A stretch of 62,579 nt of DNA, counting the filler, from Globobulimina sp. (Eukaryota): assembly GCA_003354225.1 (NCBI GenBank). It is 32 parts of 32 records of this genome, joined end to end, with 100 filler letters (N's around TTAATTAATTAA, not from the genome) between each part and the next. Parts side by side here need not be neighbours in the genome. Positions count along the whole stretch, not along the records: positions 47,025 to 48,882 come from PIVH01011169.1; positions 48,983 to 50,840 come from PIVH01011170.1; positions 50,941 to 52,797 come from PIVH01011171.1; positions 52,898 to 54,754 come from PIVH01011172.1; positions 54,855 to 56,711 come from PIVH01011173.1; positions 56,812 to 58,667 come from PIVH01011174.1; positions 58,768 to 60,623 come from PIVH01011175.1; 25 more parts are not named here. One strand, given 5' to 3'. Every line of letters starts with the position of its first letter. The stretch's first letter is position 1. Below are positions 48,504-60,246 of this stretch, piece after piece. Under the pieces are notes generated by a model, which was given only the letters and a program-made list of their open reading frames with translations, searched no databases and was not told the origin of the DNA. The translations under genes and the position numbers were made by a program.

Positions 48504-48982
48504 TTACTATGATATGCAATCTCACGAACTCGTTATAATCATCCGGGACGATGTGAAACGAGTGAGATGTATGATGAATTAGTTTACGCTGCGGACGTAA
48601 ACTATAAATGAATAATACAATATAACGTTGTTGTTTCTATCCGTTGGTGTGACTTACGACTAAGTTCGGTTTTACTAATAAAAGTTACTAAGGTTTTCGA
48701 GTAAGAAAACAAAAATGTACAACAACTGTGAATATAGTAAACAATACCTTAGAACTATGAATAATATGATAAATACTAGAATAAACAAAAGGTCTCCCCC
48801 AAAACCAATTATTTGAATATGAAATAAGTGAATTTGTAATTTAAGAATAAAATGCCCACAAATCAAATACTAATAACCACAANNNNNNNNNNNNNNNNNN
48901 NNNNNNNNNNNNNNNNNNNNNNNNNNTTAATTAATTAANNNNNNNNNNNNNNNNNNNNNNNNNNNNNNNNNNNNNNNNNNNN

Positions 48983-49681
48983 TGCAATAAGCCGCCGTTA
49001 ATTCGTAGTATTATTTGGGACCAAGGCATCAAAAACAATCCCTATCCAAATAAATTAGTACCAGTCGCTATTTGTGGTTATAACCAATTGAACCAACGAT
49101 CGAATCTTTGTTTGGCTGGACATTGTTCATCGATTAAACGCTTCGAAGAAATCACTGAAAAAATTAATTTATTAAAAAATAAAATCAATATTTGCACAAA
49201 ACAAAGTATTGCCGATCTAAAACAGACACAAATCCATTTATCGCATCGGTTATTGGCAATATTGCGCGTATTCATCAATTATCAGAACGAGAATAATAAT
49301 CTGAACAATAATTTGAATGCGAAAGAGATCAAACTACGCAGTGTGTTGCAACAAATGAGCGCAGAGTCAAAGCAATTGATCAATTTATATGGACATATTA
49401 ATAAGTTGTCCTTTGAAAAAGAGGACAATAATCCCCACCAAAATTCAATTGCAATAATTTCGACGGACGCGCATCATCTCAACGACCCGCAAAATATGAA
49501 ACAAATGTTTACTTTTTTAAAACAACAACAACAATTTTTACAATTATTATCAAAAACTGTCCAAAATGACATTCACGATCTGGATCTTATCGCAAATGGA
49601 GTCCAATCAAAACATAATACGCCGGAACAATCCATTCTATTTAATACTTTTAACACCAGTTCTTCCGCTATATTTGGATGA
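48983..49681 (+). CDS. NUP54: Nucleoporin Nup54-like, C-terminal part
   Basis: WDQGIKNNPYPNKLVPVAICGYNQLNQR, LSHRLL and a terminal coiled coil. Confidence 0.8.
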   Translation, partial: CNKPPLIRSIIWDQGIKNNPYPNKLVPVAICGYNQLNQRSNLCLAGHCSSIKRFEEITEKINLLKNKINICTKQSIADLKQTQIHLSHRLLAILRVFINYQNENNNLNNNLNAKEIKLRSVLQQMSAESKQLINLYGHINKLSFEKEDNNPHQNSIAIISTDAHHLNDPQNMKQMFTFLKQQQQFLQLLSKTVQNDIHDLDLIANGVQSKHNTPEQSILFNTFNTSSSAIFG

Positions 49682-49770
49682 CCATGACATGACATCACAT
49701 GACATGACAGCTTTTCTTATTTGCTTTTTTTTAGTTTTATTTACATTTTCAGCATTAAACACAAGTTTTT

Positions 49771-50840
49771 TTACAAAACAGCACAAAATGCATTCCTTCG
49801 AATATTATTATGGTTTTGTGTTTGAATCCATTTATTTCGCACAAAATAGTCCATAACACATGAATACACATTAGCAGATAACACCGCATTCGTATCATTA
49901 AAATCCATACGAGAGGCACCAGATTTTTTCACTTCAACATTCCAATTTGACGATTTATTTAATATTTGCTGTTTATCATTTGCCCAAATATACAGTCCAT
50001 AATCATGTGGATATATTGGCAATCGATGGATCTTTGCAATTTTAACATCAAATCCATTCATTTCTCTTGTTATCACAAAATCGATGCAAAAATGATCAAT
50101 ATTCACAACCGACAGCAAATCATCTTTTATCGTGTTATATTTTTGCAACAACACTCTCTTTATATTTGCTTTAAATGTTTCAAACTGATCGATATCGTAT
50201 TTCTCGTCCTCTTCTTCATTATTATTATTCTCATTTAATTGCAACGCACAATTCCATAATAACAGAGTCTTTTTTTGCAATGCAATTAAGAAGGATTCAC
50301 TTGCTTGTTTTACATGATCCCGACTGGCAATATTCAAAAATGTTTGCATTTGAGTTATGGCACTCGGTATACATTTATTTGCGATAAACATTCTGAACTC
50401 CAACATATAATCCATGATATCCATTGATTGAACATCCGCATCTTTATCGGCAATGCAATATATTTGTAATATCATTGATATTTTATGTTTCTTGTCTGTT
50501 TCTGCAAACTTTAACATTGCCAAATTAAGTTGTCTCAAAATTAAGCCACTCCGACAAAATATATCCAATATATCATATGTATCATTCTTATTTGTTTCCG
50601 AATCCTGTTTAAATCGCAATGAATTCCACACTGAATCGTGGAATGTGCGCAATATATGACAGCCATCAGCAGTCTGTGGCTTTTGTCGCTTATCTAATAT
50701 ATTAAAAATATGCATTGATTCATAAATAGAATCAAATGGTAATAACATATCGATGGATAATCTTGGTATAATAAACAGAGATTTATCTTGTAATTGTTTG
50801 CGATCATAACATATTAAACAAGATACACAATGATTTAATT
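49771..50840 (-). CDS. CDC123/D123-like ATP-grasp-related protein with C-terminal CaaX (partial)
   Basis: RS..I...L, EFRMFI....SAITQ, IDFV and GLYIW..D; the protein ends in CAVL. Confidence 0.55.
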
Positions 50841-51112
50841 NNNNNNNNNNNNNNNNNNNNNNNNNNNNNNNNNNNNNNNNNNNNTTAATTAATTAANNNN
50901 NNNNNNNNNNNNNNNNNNNNNNNNNNNNNNNNNNNNNNNNAATAAGAGACACAATGATCTCAATCTCTAAAAGAGTAACGTGTGAATCAGAATAATATGA
51001 AAACTTATTCACATTTATAAATTTAAACTATTACTGTTATACATTACTGCAAACATAAACACATTAATTTTTATAAAAAAGTTTTTTACAGCTGAGCCCC
51101 AAGAATAAATCA

Positions 51113-51775
51113 ATGGTGCGACGGACTTTGAAAAGATGTCCAGTCATTGGCTGTTCCTCAGTTTTCAATCACAAAGCAAAATTTGATAGACATATTGCAA
51201 CGCATTCAAATGATCGGCTATTTAAATGTAATTTTGATGATAAATGCACCAAATCATACAAACGAAAAGACCATTTAAAAAGACATTTATTGTCACATAA
51301 AAATGAAAAATTATTTAAATGTAATCATTCAAATTGCACTTTAAGATTCAATCAAAAACATCATTTACAAAGACATTTAAAATGCGTACATGGTCCACCG
51401 CAATATCAATGCAATCATTGTCATGAAAAATTTCAGAAAAAACGTACATTAAACAAACATATGGCTCGCGTGCACAATGAATTGTGTCCGTTTGTTTGCA
51501 GTCAATGTTTGAAACGTTTCTCGAGAGAATGTGATTTGAATCGACATGCACATAAAAACAAACATTTAGTAACGTCATCGAAGCGTAGGAATGGAATATC
51601 GATATTCATTTGTTCGGAGTGTGATGAATCATTTAATGATAAACTATTATACAAAAAACATTTAAATGTTGAAAAGAATAGAAAAAAGAAAATGAAAATT
51701 AAGAGAAAATCTAATAAAAAGAAGGCAACCATTGATAAATTAATGCAAAAAATATGTGGAAAATTGATAAAATAA
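51113..51775 (+). CDS. C2H2 zinc-finger protein (TFIIIA-like spacing, 5-6 fingers)
   Basis: Consecutive C-x2/5-C...H-x3/4-H fingers and a basic C-terminus. Confidence 0.9.
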   Translation: MVRRTLKRCPVIGCSSVFNHKAKFDRHIATHSNDRLFKCNFDDKCTKSYKRKDHLKRHLLSHKNEKLFKCNHSNCTLRFNQKHHLQRHLKCVHGPPQYQCNHCHEKFQKKRTLNKHMARVHNELCPFVCSQCLKRFSRECDLNRHAHKNKHLVTSSKRRNGISIFICSECDESFNDKLLYKKHLNVEKNRKKKMKIKRKSNKKKATIDKLMQKICGKLIK

Positions 51776-52059
51776 CGGATTCTATACGTTGGTCACTACT
51801 ATGATTGAGAAATTAACGGATATCGATCTGATAGATTGATTATCGATTGCCTCAAGAATCAAATATTAATATGATTTGCAATTAACATGTACATGTTTTC
51901 TATTATTTGTTTTGAGTGCAAGGATCAATCAGCTCTATAGGTTGTAAATAAAATATTCTTTTTTCAAATAATCTCTGGTTGAGATTGATTTCTTAGTGTT
52001 TTGAAGAATGTTGCTGATGCAAGCAAGAGCATTGATGAAACTCATTAAACACTCAAAAA

Positions 52060-52467
52060 TCAAGTTATTTCCGCCAATTCTTTCTCCATATTGTTTAGTT
52101 GTTGCCTATATTCTGCTATTTCCTTGCTCAATTTGTCACTTTTATTTCTATGTACAAGCAACTGTTGATGGTATTCTTCCTTTTCTTGAGACAGTCTACG
52201 AATTATTTGTTTGTTTTCAATGTATCTGTCATCCTCTTCTTTCATTGTATCATATGCTCTTTTCATCACAATGCATTGTTGTGTTTGTTTCTCTATTTGC
52301 GATTCCAATTCTATACTTTGAACTTTATATGTACCCGCATTTTGTTTTTGTTTGGTTGGGCTTTGAGATCTTGATCGTTGAAATTTTAGTTTCATTTCAT
52401 TTTGTATTGATCTCTCCATCCCAAAGTTTGGATGGTTACAGCTGCAAACTCTGTTTCCCATTATCAA
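52060..52467 (-). CDS. Hypothetical coiled-coil protein fragment
   Basis: E/K/Q-rich heptad-like ORF; gene boundaries unclear. Confidence 0.35.
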   Translation of the reverse strand: MIMGNRVCSCNHPNFGMERSIQNEMKLKFQRSRSQSPTKQKQNAGTYKVQSIELESQIEKQTQQCIVMKRAYDTMKEEDDRYIENKQIIRRLSQEKEEYHQQLLVHRNKSDKLSKEIAEYRQQLNNMEKELAEIT

Positions 52468-53365
52468 CCACTTTAGTGTTGTCGCGAAAAACTTTATATT
52501 TGTAAGTACAATCGGAACAGAAAGGTGGTGATCCTCTAAATATATTCATTAATTCAGTTATGACTGTTATGCCAATCATAAGTTCATGATCGAGTGCAAG
52601 GATAAGTCAAATTCATTTGATTGTGCAACACTTTATTCTTTTATTCTTCTCTTGGTTCGTTTGCGAGTACTTGTGTTTGCCATTTGTGATACGTCAGTTG
52701 TATTTGCTGTGCCATCATTGTTTGCATTTCCATTTGGATCTACACGATTCATCCAAACAAAATTGACAGATCCCAATAATCCCAATGCCAAAAACATNNN
52801 NNNNNNNNNNNNNNNNNNNNNNNNNNNNNNNNNNNNNNNNNTTAATTAATTAANNNNNNNNNNNNNNNNNNNNNNNNNNNNNNNNNNNNNNNNNNNNTAC
52901 TTTTTGTGGAGAATCTAAAAGATAACACACAAACATTGCTGCCTCATACACAAACATCAATAAGTAACATCTATCACTTACAACCTGACGCTATGTGTTT
53001 TATGGTTGCTTCCCGCAAGTTCTCTCAACACAGATTTTCAGTTTTACAAAATGAAACGTAAATTAAATAAAAGTTACAACAATAACTTTATTGATACGCA
53101 CAAAAACAAAAATAAACAACTATTGATTTGCAACTTTTACAGACAAAGCAACCAATTCAACAGTTTCCACCATGCAATAAATGTATAATAAAACACAAAA
53201 ATCCATAATACCACGATATCATAGATAGTTCATTAAAAATTATAATCAGATCTATATTTTGGAAACATATTGATACAGCAATATCAAATAAGAAACCAGA
53301 TCCAAATTAATTTATAAAATAAAATGATTAAAATGATGAATAATATAATAAAATGATTAAAATAT

Positions 53366-54499
53366 TTAATTCCTTCTCGATCTCGCATGAAAATGTCCTG
53401 CCACATGTCCAGATTCTGCGACTGGACAATCTTTCGCTAAATGAGCACCTGCAATGCCACAAAATGAACAATAATGTCCATAATTACAATCCAAAAAATT
53501 TGGATGTCTGCATCTGTTCTTTTTCGCATATCGACATATTTCTTTTCCTTTATGTTCATCTTTAATAAAATACTGCCCTCTTCTCTTAAAATACAGATAT
53601 TCACTGACATGATGTCCATCTTCTTTTCGTTCATTCTCTCGATTTCTCCGTCCATTATCACTCACTTCTGCTTCTTCTCGATGTGGTTCATACGGATATT
53701 GATTGCGTGGCCGTTGCCTTTGTTGCAATCTTCTTCTTTTCGAACGATTTCCATAATCATATTGGTTCCCATTCTCCCAACTTCTTTTATTTCTTTTTCT
53801 TTCCTCAGCGAGCTTCTTCTTTAATTGCGTAGGGCAATTCCGCTGAAAATGCGGTTTCCCACATGTAAAACACGCAAATTGCTTCTTTTTCTCTTTTGAT
53901 TTGTCATTTAATACTACTTCATCAATATCACCCAAACATACCTCCGGCAGCGCATTCATTACAATCGCCGGCTTATCGTCAGATTTACACATTTGTGTCC
54001 ATTCATGCATGAAATTTGCCGTATTCCATGCCAATTTGGGTTCATTTTCAATGTTAACGAATTTATTTACTTCGAATGCCACAGCCACTTTAATCCAAAA
54101 TGCATCATTTATTATTGCGGCATTATCAATCATTGGAACAATAGTCCCATTTACGAATATTCTCATTTTCTTGAAATTCGCCAAAATATATTTAATAACT
54201 GGCATACGCTCCGGATCAGTCTCTGAACACTTTAATAATACATCTAATACCCTCTCAGTCACCGTATTCCATAAAATCATAAAATTCGACTTCTTTTTGA
54301 TAAATGCTTTCAGCGCCAAATTAATCGTCGTACCATAAATAATATAAACCTTCCAATGAGAAATGAAGAAAAACTTAATAATATAAAATAAATTGCCAAA
54401 TCCATCCAAGAGCCAATGTACAAATTCTTTTAATGCCATTTCAATGACAGCTTTCTTTTCAATTAAGATTCCATCCGATTTCGCACTGCGATGCTGCAT
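53366..54499 (-). mobile_element. Gag-like ORF of a probable DIRS/Ngaro retrotransposon
   Basis: CCHC knuckle CFTCGKPHFQRNC, a basic region, and terminal IC......C......CNYGHYCSFCG...H...DCP as seen in tyrosine-recombinase retrotransposon ORF1; no introns. Confidence 0.7.
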
Positions 54500-54854
54500 T
54501 AATTGATCTATTTAAAATTATACAATGTAACTTTGTGTGTTATCCGCCCGACATACTTTAAACGAGTTACTTAGTACAACAATAATATAACAAAAGTATG
54601 CCTGACTAATATCATGAGAGCGATATTATAAATTATCAAAATTACTTAAGCTCACTACAATGAACAGATAACAACACAACAATACGGTTCTTCATTCCTT
54701 AATATGCGAAAACCATAAAAAGAATTTTTACTTTGAAGAACGGAGCATTTCGGTNNNNNNNNNNNNNNNNNNNNNNNNNNNNNNNNNNNNNNNNNNNNTT
54801 AATTAATTAANNNNNNNNNNNNNNNNNNNNNNNNNNNNNNNNNNNNNNNNNNNN

Positions 54855-55262
54855 AATATTCAGAATATTGAGATATTTTGCCATGGCCAGTGCAGTTGCG
54901 AATTTTGCAAACTCTGCAGGTTGAATTGCAAATCCCCCTAACTTAAACCAGGATTTTGATCCAGCCACGGTACTTCCGAAAAACAATACTCCTACCAGTA
55001 TGAGCAACATCCCAAAGTAAAATACAAAAGAAAACGTGCTGAAAAATTTAGCATCAATAACCAGGATTGTTAAGGCAAGAATAATGGCGAGACCAATCCA
55101 CATTATCTGCTTTCCATAACGTGTACTAATGTCAAACAGGTTTGTGACATCATCACCGGCAGATGCTGTAAAAATACTAAGCCAACCCATTATCACCAAT
55201 AATGTATAAATGACAACTATAGTCCAGTCAATATTACCTGATATTTTTTCCCGATTCCTCAC
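54855..55262 (-). CDS. rodA: Rod shape-determining protein RodA, 5' part (Bacteroidota-like)
   Basis: NIDW, YGKQIMWI and GSKSWF.LGGFAIQPAEFAKFATALA; starts 9 bp downstream of mrdA. Confidence 0.95.
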
Positions 55263-55271
55263 AATTATCTA

Positions 55272-56711
55272 TTAATCCTCAATATTATGTATCAAATCTC
55301 CCTCCATAATTCTCTTTTCCAGATTTGGTCTGGTTATTTTACCAGTTAGATATTTTTCAATCATAAGACTGGCAATTGGCGCTGCCCATGTTGATCCAAA
55401 ACCTGAATTTTCAACTATTACTGACAAAGCAATTTGTGGATTATCCAATGGGGCAAAAGCTATAAAAATGGAATGATCCTCTCCATGTGGATTTTGAACA
55501 GTTCCTGTTTTACCGCATTGTTGAATACTATCGAGCACATACCACCTTGCTGTTCCATGTTCCGACTCAAATACATCAAGCATGGCGTTGCGAACAATAT
55601 CAAAGTTATGAGGATCAATAGTTGTTATCTGTTTCACTTTGAACTCAGGGTTAATATCTTCTACATCTTCCATGTCTATCAATAAATGCGGGGGATAATA
55701 ATATCCCTTGTTTGCAATAATTGTTGAAAGATTAGCTAACTGAATAGGAGTTACAAGAATTTCACCCTGACCGATACTTAGCGATCGAACTGTGAGTGCG
55801 TTCCAATGTCCTCTATACAGTCGATCATAATATTCATTATCAGGAATATTGCCGCTAACTTCAAACGGAATATCTGTGTTAAATTTCCTTCCAAATCCAA
55901 AACTAATAACGTTATTATACCAATGTTCATAACCTTGTTGAGAGTTACTATAATTCGAATTTTCTAGTATGCTTTTAAATGTGTTCCAAAAATATGGGTT
56001 ACACGATTGTTCGATTGCCTCAGCCAAATTCAATGGCGTTTTATGGTCATGAGTGCATTTTATAGGTGTTGATAATACTCCTTTGCAACTGTATTCTGTA
56101 TTGAGAACTGCTGTTTTCTCCTGAAGGCCCACAAGGGCATTAACCATTTTAAACGTTGATCCAGGTGGATAGGTACCCATCGTAGCCCTGTTCATTAAGG
56201 GTACCAACGAATCATTGAGTAAACGGGAATAGTTTGGCGACCGCTCCCTACCAACCAGTAGATTAGGATTATATCCCGGGCTGCTTATAAGTGAAAGTAT
56301 CTCCCCTGATTTGGGATCAATAGCTACAATGCTGCCTTTTTTGTTTTGCATTAGCTGTTCACCGTAATATTGCAGCTGATCATCAATACCCAGACTAATA
56401 TCCTTTCCTGCTATAGCAAGAGTGTCAAAATCGCCATTGTTATACTTACCTTTTACCCTGTTGTGAACATCAACTTCCACAATGCTAAGACCACTTTTCC
56501 CACGCAGGTATTTTTCATAGTAAATCTCAATACCTGATTTACCTATATAATCGCCGGACCGATAAAACTTATCTTTATTGATTTCCCTTTTATTTACTTC
56601 ACCAATACTTCCCAGCATATGCCCGGCAATGGGAAGTGGATATTGTCGTAATGTCCTTGTTTGTATATAAAAACCACTAAACTGATATAACTTTTCCTGA
56701 ATCATACCGAT
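55272..56711 (-). CDS. mrdA: Penicillin-binding protein 2, 3' part
   Basis: YPPGSTFK (SxxK), SCN (SxN), GKTGT and ENSGFGSTWAAPIASL. Confidence 0.95.
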   Translation of the reverse strand: MGMIQEKLYQFSGFYIQTRTLRQYPLPIAGHMLGSIGEVNKREINKDKFYRSGDYIGKSGIEIYYEKYLRGKSGLSIVEVDVHNRVKGKYNNGDFDTLAIAGKDISLGIDDQLQYYGEQLMQNKKGSIVAIDPKSGEILSLISSPGYNPNLLVGRERSPNYSRLLNDSLVPLMNRATMGTYPPGSTFKMVNALVGLQEKTAVLNTEYSCKGVLSTPIKCTHDHKTPLNLAEAIEQSCNPYFWNTFKSILENSNYSNSQQGYEHWYNNVISFGFGRKFNTDIPFEVSGNIPDNEYYDRLYRGHWNALTVRSLSIGQGEILVTPIQLANLSTIIANKGYYYPPHLLIDMEDVEDINPEFKVKQITTIDPHNFDIVRNAMLDVFESEHGTARWYVLDSIQQCGKTGTVQNPHGEDHSIFIAFAPLDNPQIALSVIVENSGFGSTWAAPIASLMIEKYLTGKITRPNLEKRIMEGDLIHNIED

Positions 56712-56948
56712 NNNNNNNNNNNNNNNNNNNNNNNNNNNNNNNNNNNNNNNNNNNNTTAATTAATTAANNNNNNNNNNNNNNNNNNNNNNNNNNNNNNNNN
56801 NNNNNNNNNNNAATGTTTAATTTGATTTATTTATATATTTATACCACAAACTAAACGAATACTTAATAAAAACGTACATGGTCGGATTTTGTGCATGATT
56901 TAGTTAAGAATTTTTTAAAGTTGAAATATTCTGTACTAGCTAAAATAA

Positions 56949-58661
56949 ATGGCAATGCAAATTGAAATCGAAATAGATGGCCGTATGCTGCCACTGGATA
57001 TCGATAGAAATGCCACGATATTGAACATAAAACAGATAATAAACGAACTGGAATCAATATCCATCGAACAACAGAAGTTATTATACATTGGCCGCACCTT
57101 ATCAGACTCGCGAAAAGTATCATATTATAACATAACAAACGCAGACAGCTTAGTATTACATCAGCAAGCAACAAGTCGTCAATTTTGGATCTCATTTGCT
57201 TATTTTGGCTCATTTATTGGTTTAGGTTTATTTATGGGTTCACCAGGTCCAATATTGCACGACTTACAGCAACAAACAAACAGCTCCTTAGGAGCGATAT
57301 CATTTGTTTTTAGTGCGCGTGCTGTTGGATATATAATAGGATCAATAATGTTCGGCTTAATAGCGGATAAATACGCCTCCCATTTTGAGACTTATGGTGA
57401 ATTTTCCAGTCCCTGTTGGCCTTTCCGACCACACCATTTGTTTGGAATATGCTTAATTGTCTCGTCACTATGCATGTCCATAGTTATCTACATTCACAGC
57501 ATCGTCGCATTGACAATAATAATCGCCATCACTGGGATATGTTTTGGCGGTGTCGATTGTTTCGGCAATGTCTTATTATTGTCCTTGTTCGATACACACA
57601 ATGAAAAGGATAAATTAGTTGCCCCATACATGCAATTATTACATTTTGCCTTTGCTATCGGCGCCTTCTTATCGCCGCTAATCATACAAGTCTCGTACCA
57701 ATACTTTCATAGTTCTTATAAAATAGCATTCTTGTTAATGTCTATGGAATGCATCATATTTGGGCTCATCATCTTGTTTATAGCCACACCGTTACGGAAG
57801 AACAAAACCAGTAACACTTTAATTACTCATTCTGTACACTCTGCACACTCCGCACACTCTGCACACTCTGCACACTCTACATCGTCAATTGTAAGTGACT
57901 TGAAACAAACGCACAATCCGCAAGTCATTATAAATTATGGTAGTTTTGATAGCTATAACAACAACATGGTGTACGAGAATAATACCAATACCACAACGAC
58001 CAGCAATACAAATACGGCTTCGACGTTGTCGCGCGAGAATAAAAGGAAACAAACGCTGTATCGGATATTTATAATATTGTCCTGCGGGGTATTTTTAGGG
58101 GTTTATGTCGGCAGTGAAGTGTCGTACGGTGCATATATCACAACATATTGCGTTGCGTACTTAAAATCGTCAGACTCTGTGGGTAGATATATGACGAGTA
58201 TCTATTGGGGAGGCTTAGCATTTGGTCGCTTATCGGCGGTGTATATCAGCAAGAAATTGAAGCCAATTCATATGTTAATATTTGATTTGTTGGGTTGTTT
58301 TGTGGCATCCTCCATCTTATTCATTGCCAATACTTCGGCGGAAAGCATTAACGCAACGTGGTTAGCGAGTATATTGTATGGCTTCTTTATGGCGAGTATC
58401 TTTCCGTGCATTTTTTTGATTGCTGAACAAACTGTGAAAGTGGATGGAAAGTATGCGAGTATAATGATATTTGGAGCGTCTTGCGGCGAATTTATTATTC
58501 CGACGACTACGGGCAATTTGATGAATTTTTTTGGACAGAAAATTTTCTCTTCGATTACTATTATATTGGTCATTGTGTTGTTTTCTGTGATGTTAATATT
58601 ATTGCTTGGGATTTATATCAATGACATTTATAAAAAAATAACGACATTTTTTGAAATTTAA
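56949..58661 (+). CDS. MFSD4/NaGLT1-like MFS transporter with N-terminal ubiquitin-like domain
   Basis: UBL MQIEI...TILNIKQ.I...QQKLLYIGRTLSD...YNI, then about 12 TM helices with GP.L.DL, PYMQLLHFAFAIGAFLSP, YVGSEVSYG and YWGG...GRL. Confidence 0.88.
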   Translation: MAMQIEIEIDGRMLPLDIDRNATILNIKQIINELESISIEQQKLLYIGRTLSDSRKVSYYNITNADSLVLHQQATSRQFWISFAYFGSFIGLGLFMGSPGPILHDLQQQTNSSLGAISFVFSARAVGYIIGSIMFGLIADKYASHFETYGEFSSPCWPFRPHHLFGICLIVSSLCMSIVIYIHSIVALTIIIAITGICFGGVDCFGNVLLLSLFDTHNEKDKLVAPYMQLLHFAFAIGAFLSPLIIQVSYQYFHSSYKIAFLLMSMECIIFGLIILFIATPLRKNKTSNTLITHSVHSAHSAHSAHSAHSTSSIVSDLKQTHNPQVIINYGSFDSYNNNMVYENNTNTTTTSNTNTASTLSRENKRKQTLYRIFIILSCGVFLGVYVGSEVSYGAYITTYCVAYLKSSDSVGRYMTSIYWGGLAFGRLSAVYISKKLKPIHMLIFDLLGCFVASSILFIANTSAESINATWLASILYGFFMASIFPCIFLIAEQTVKVDGKYASIMIFGASCGEFIIPTTTGNLMNFFGQKIFSSITIILVIVLFSVMLILLLGIYINDIYKKITTFFEI

Positions 58662-58767
58662 TTAAATNNNNNNNNNNNNNNNNNNNNNNNNNNNNNNNNN
58701 NNNNNNNNNNNTTAATTAATTAANNNNNNNNNNNNNNNNNNNNNNNNNNNNNNNNNNNNNNNNNNNN

Positions 58768-60246
58768 CGCCAAATTCTTGGGCTGGTTGCGAATGAAATG
58801 TCAGTGGTGGTGATGGTGGTAAACATGTATTACATTGACAATTATTTATATTTGGATTATGTGAAGATATCCCAAAAAAAATATCACCATCAATTTCTTC
58901 AGCTTGTTGTGATAGCGGAGATGATGGCGGCAAACATCTACTACATCTACAATTATTTCTGTTTGGGTTATGTGAGCTTTGTGACACAGTCATATGATCA
59001 TTTCTCGATCTCGATCTGGATCTTGATCTTTCTCTTTCAAATAAAGTTTGTTTCTCTTTATCAGCCATCATCTCTGTTAATGTTACTGGTTTGAATCGTT
59101 TTGATGGGTCAAATGGACGTGGGTATCCATTATCACATGATTTACAACGACATAATTTGGAATTTGTTTGATGTGCAGGTTCGCGGAATTTTCTGCGATG
59201 TCTGCGTGATTTTAATGAACGAAATAATTTTCTATTTCCCATAAGCATTGTGAATGCATTTCGTTTTTTTATTGGAGCCATTGCTATTTGCGAAGGAGAT
59301 ATTATAGGTTCACTGGATGTAACAGTTGCTTGTGATAGAAAACTATCTGAAATGATGGATATTTGTGGTGCATTATGTGCTGATAATTGTGTTGACTTTA
59401 CTGGTACTAACTCGGTTGCAAATATTAATTTTCTACATATTGGACATTCAGGTTTATACCATAAAACCTCTTTAATGCATTGTTTACAGAAAATATGTTT
59501 GCAAGGTGTTTGATATGGACATTCTACAACATCTAAACAAATTGGACATTCTTGTTCCGGATTTGGATTAATATCATCATCATCATCCGTACTGCCGACA
59601 AATTCTAAAATATCAACATCATTTGGTCCACCTGGAGAGAAATCATGTTTGATTTTTGATGATTCAAACACCACTCCAGATAATTGTACTGCAGCATACA
59701 TATCATCAACTGCGTCAAACGAATCATCAGTACCAGCAAAGCCTGTACAGTTTATTTACATACACAAAAACAGTACAAAACACATTGAGTCAAAAACTGA
59801 AATGTTTGCAAATCAACCAACCAACAACTCCAGACAAATAAATTAATATTTGTTCTGCAGTTCTAGTTTTGGTAGAATAAAGGCTGAATATAATATTTTT
59901 ATTTGTACATGTAATACAATAAGTATACAGAATTTGTGCAGTTTTTATAACTCCGCAAAAAGATTTATTTTATGGACAAACTACTTTGTGCAGTTTATAT
60001 AACTCCGCAACAACAAATATTTTATACACAAACGATTAAATAAAATGTTCAATATATATATTTACCTTCACTACCACTTGCTTCTGCGCGGAATGAAACT
60101 GGACTTTGTGCTAATTGTGTCGCTTCACGTGATTCGATACCACTCTCTTGATCCTTTACCTCGTCATTGGCATAATAATCAATCATTTCTTGATTAATAA
60201 CTTCAACGGAACTGCAACTAACATCATCTTCATTTGTCGTCGACAT
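58768..60246 (-). CDS. C3HC4 RING protein with His/Cys repeats (intron 59743-60065), 3' truncated
   Basis: CPICLD.....TPCKHIFCKQCI......CPICR. A GTAAAT..CAG intron joins ORF 60246 in frame. Confidence 0.8.

Noticed and set aside
54855..56711. mrdA-rodA (and the 1961-3820 polysaccharide genes) as HGT into the protist
   Set aside because: They are operonic and intronless with no eukaryotic flank, so co-sequenced bacteria are the simpler explanation.
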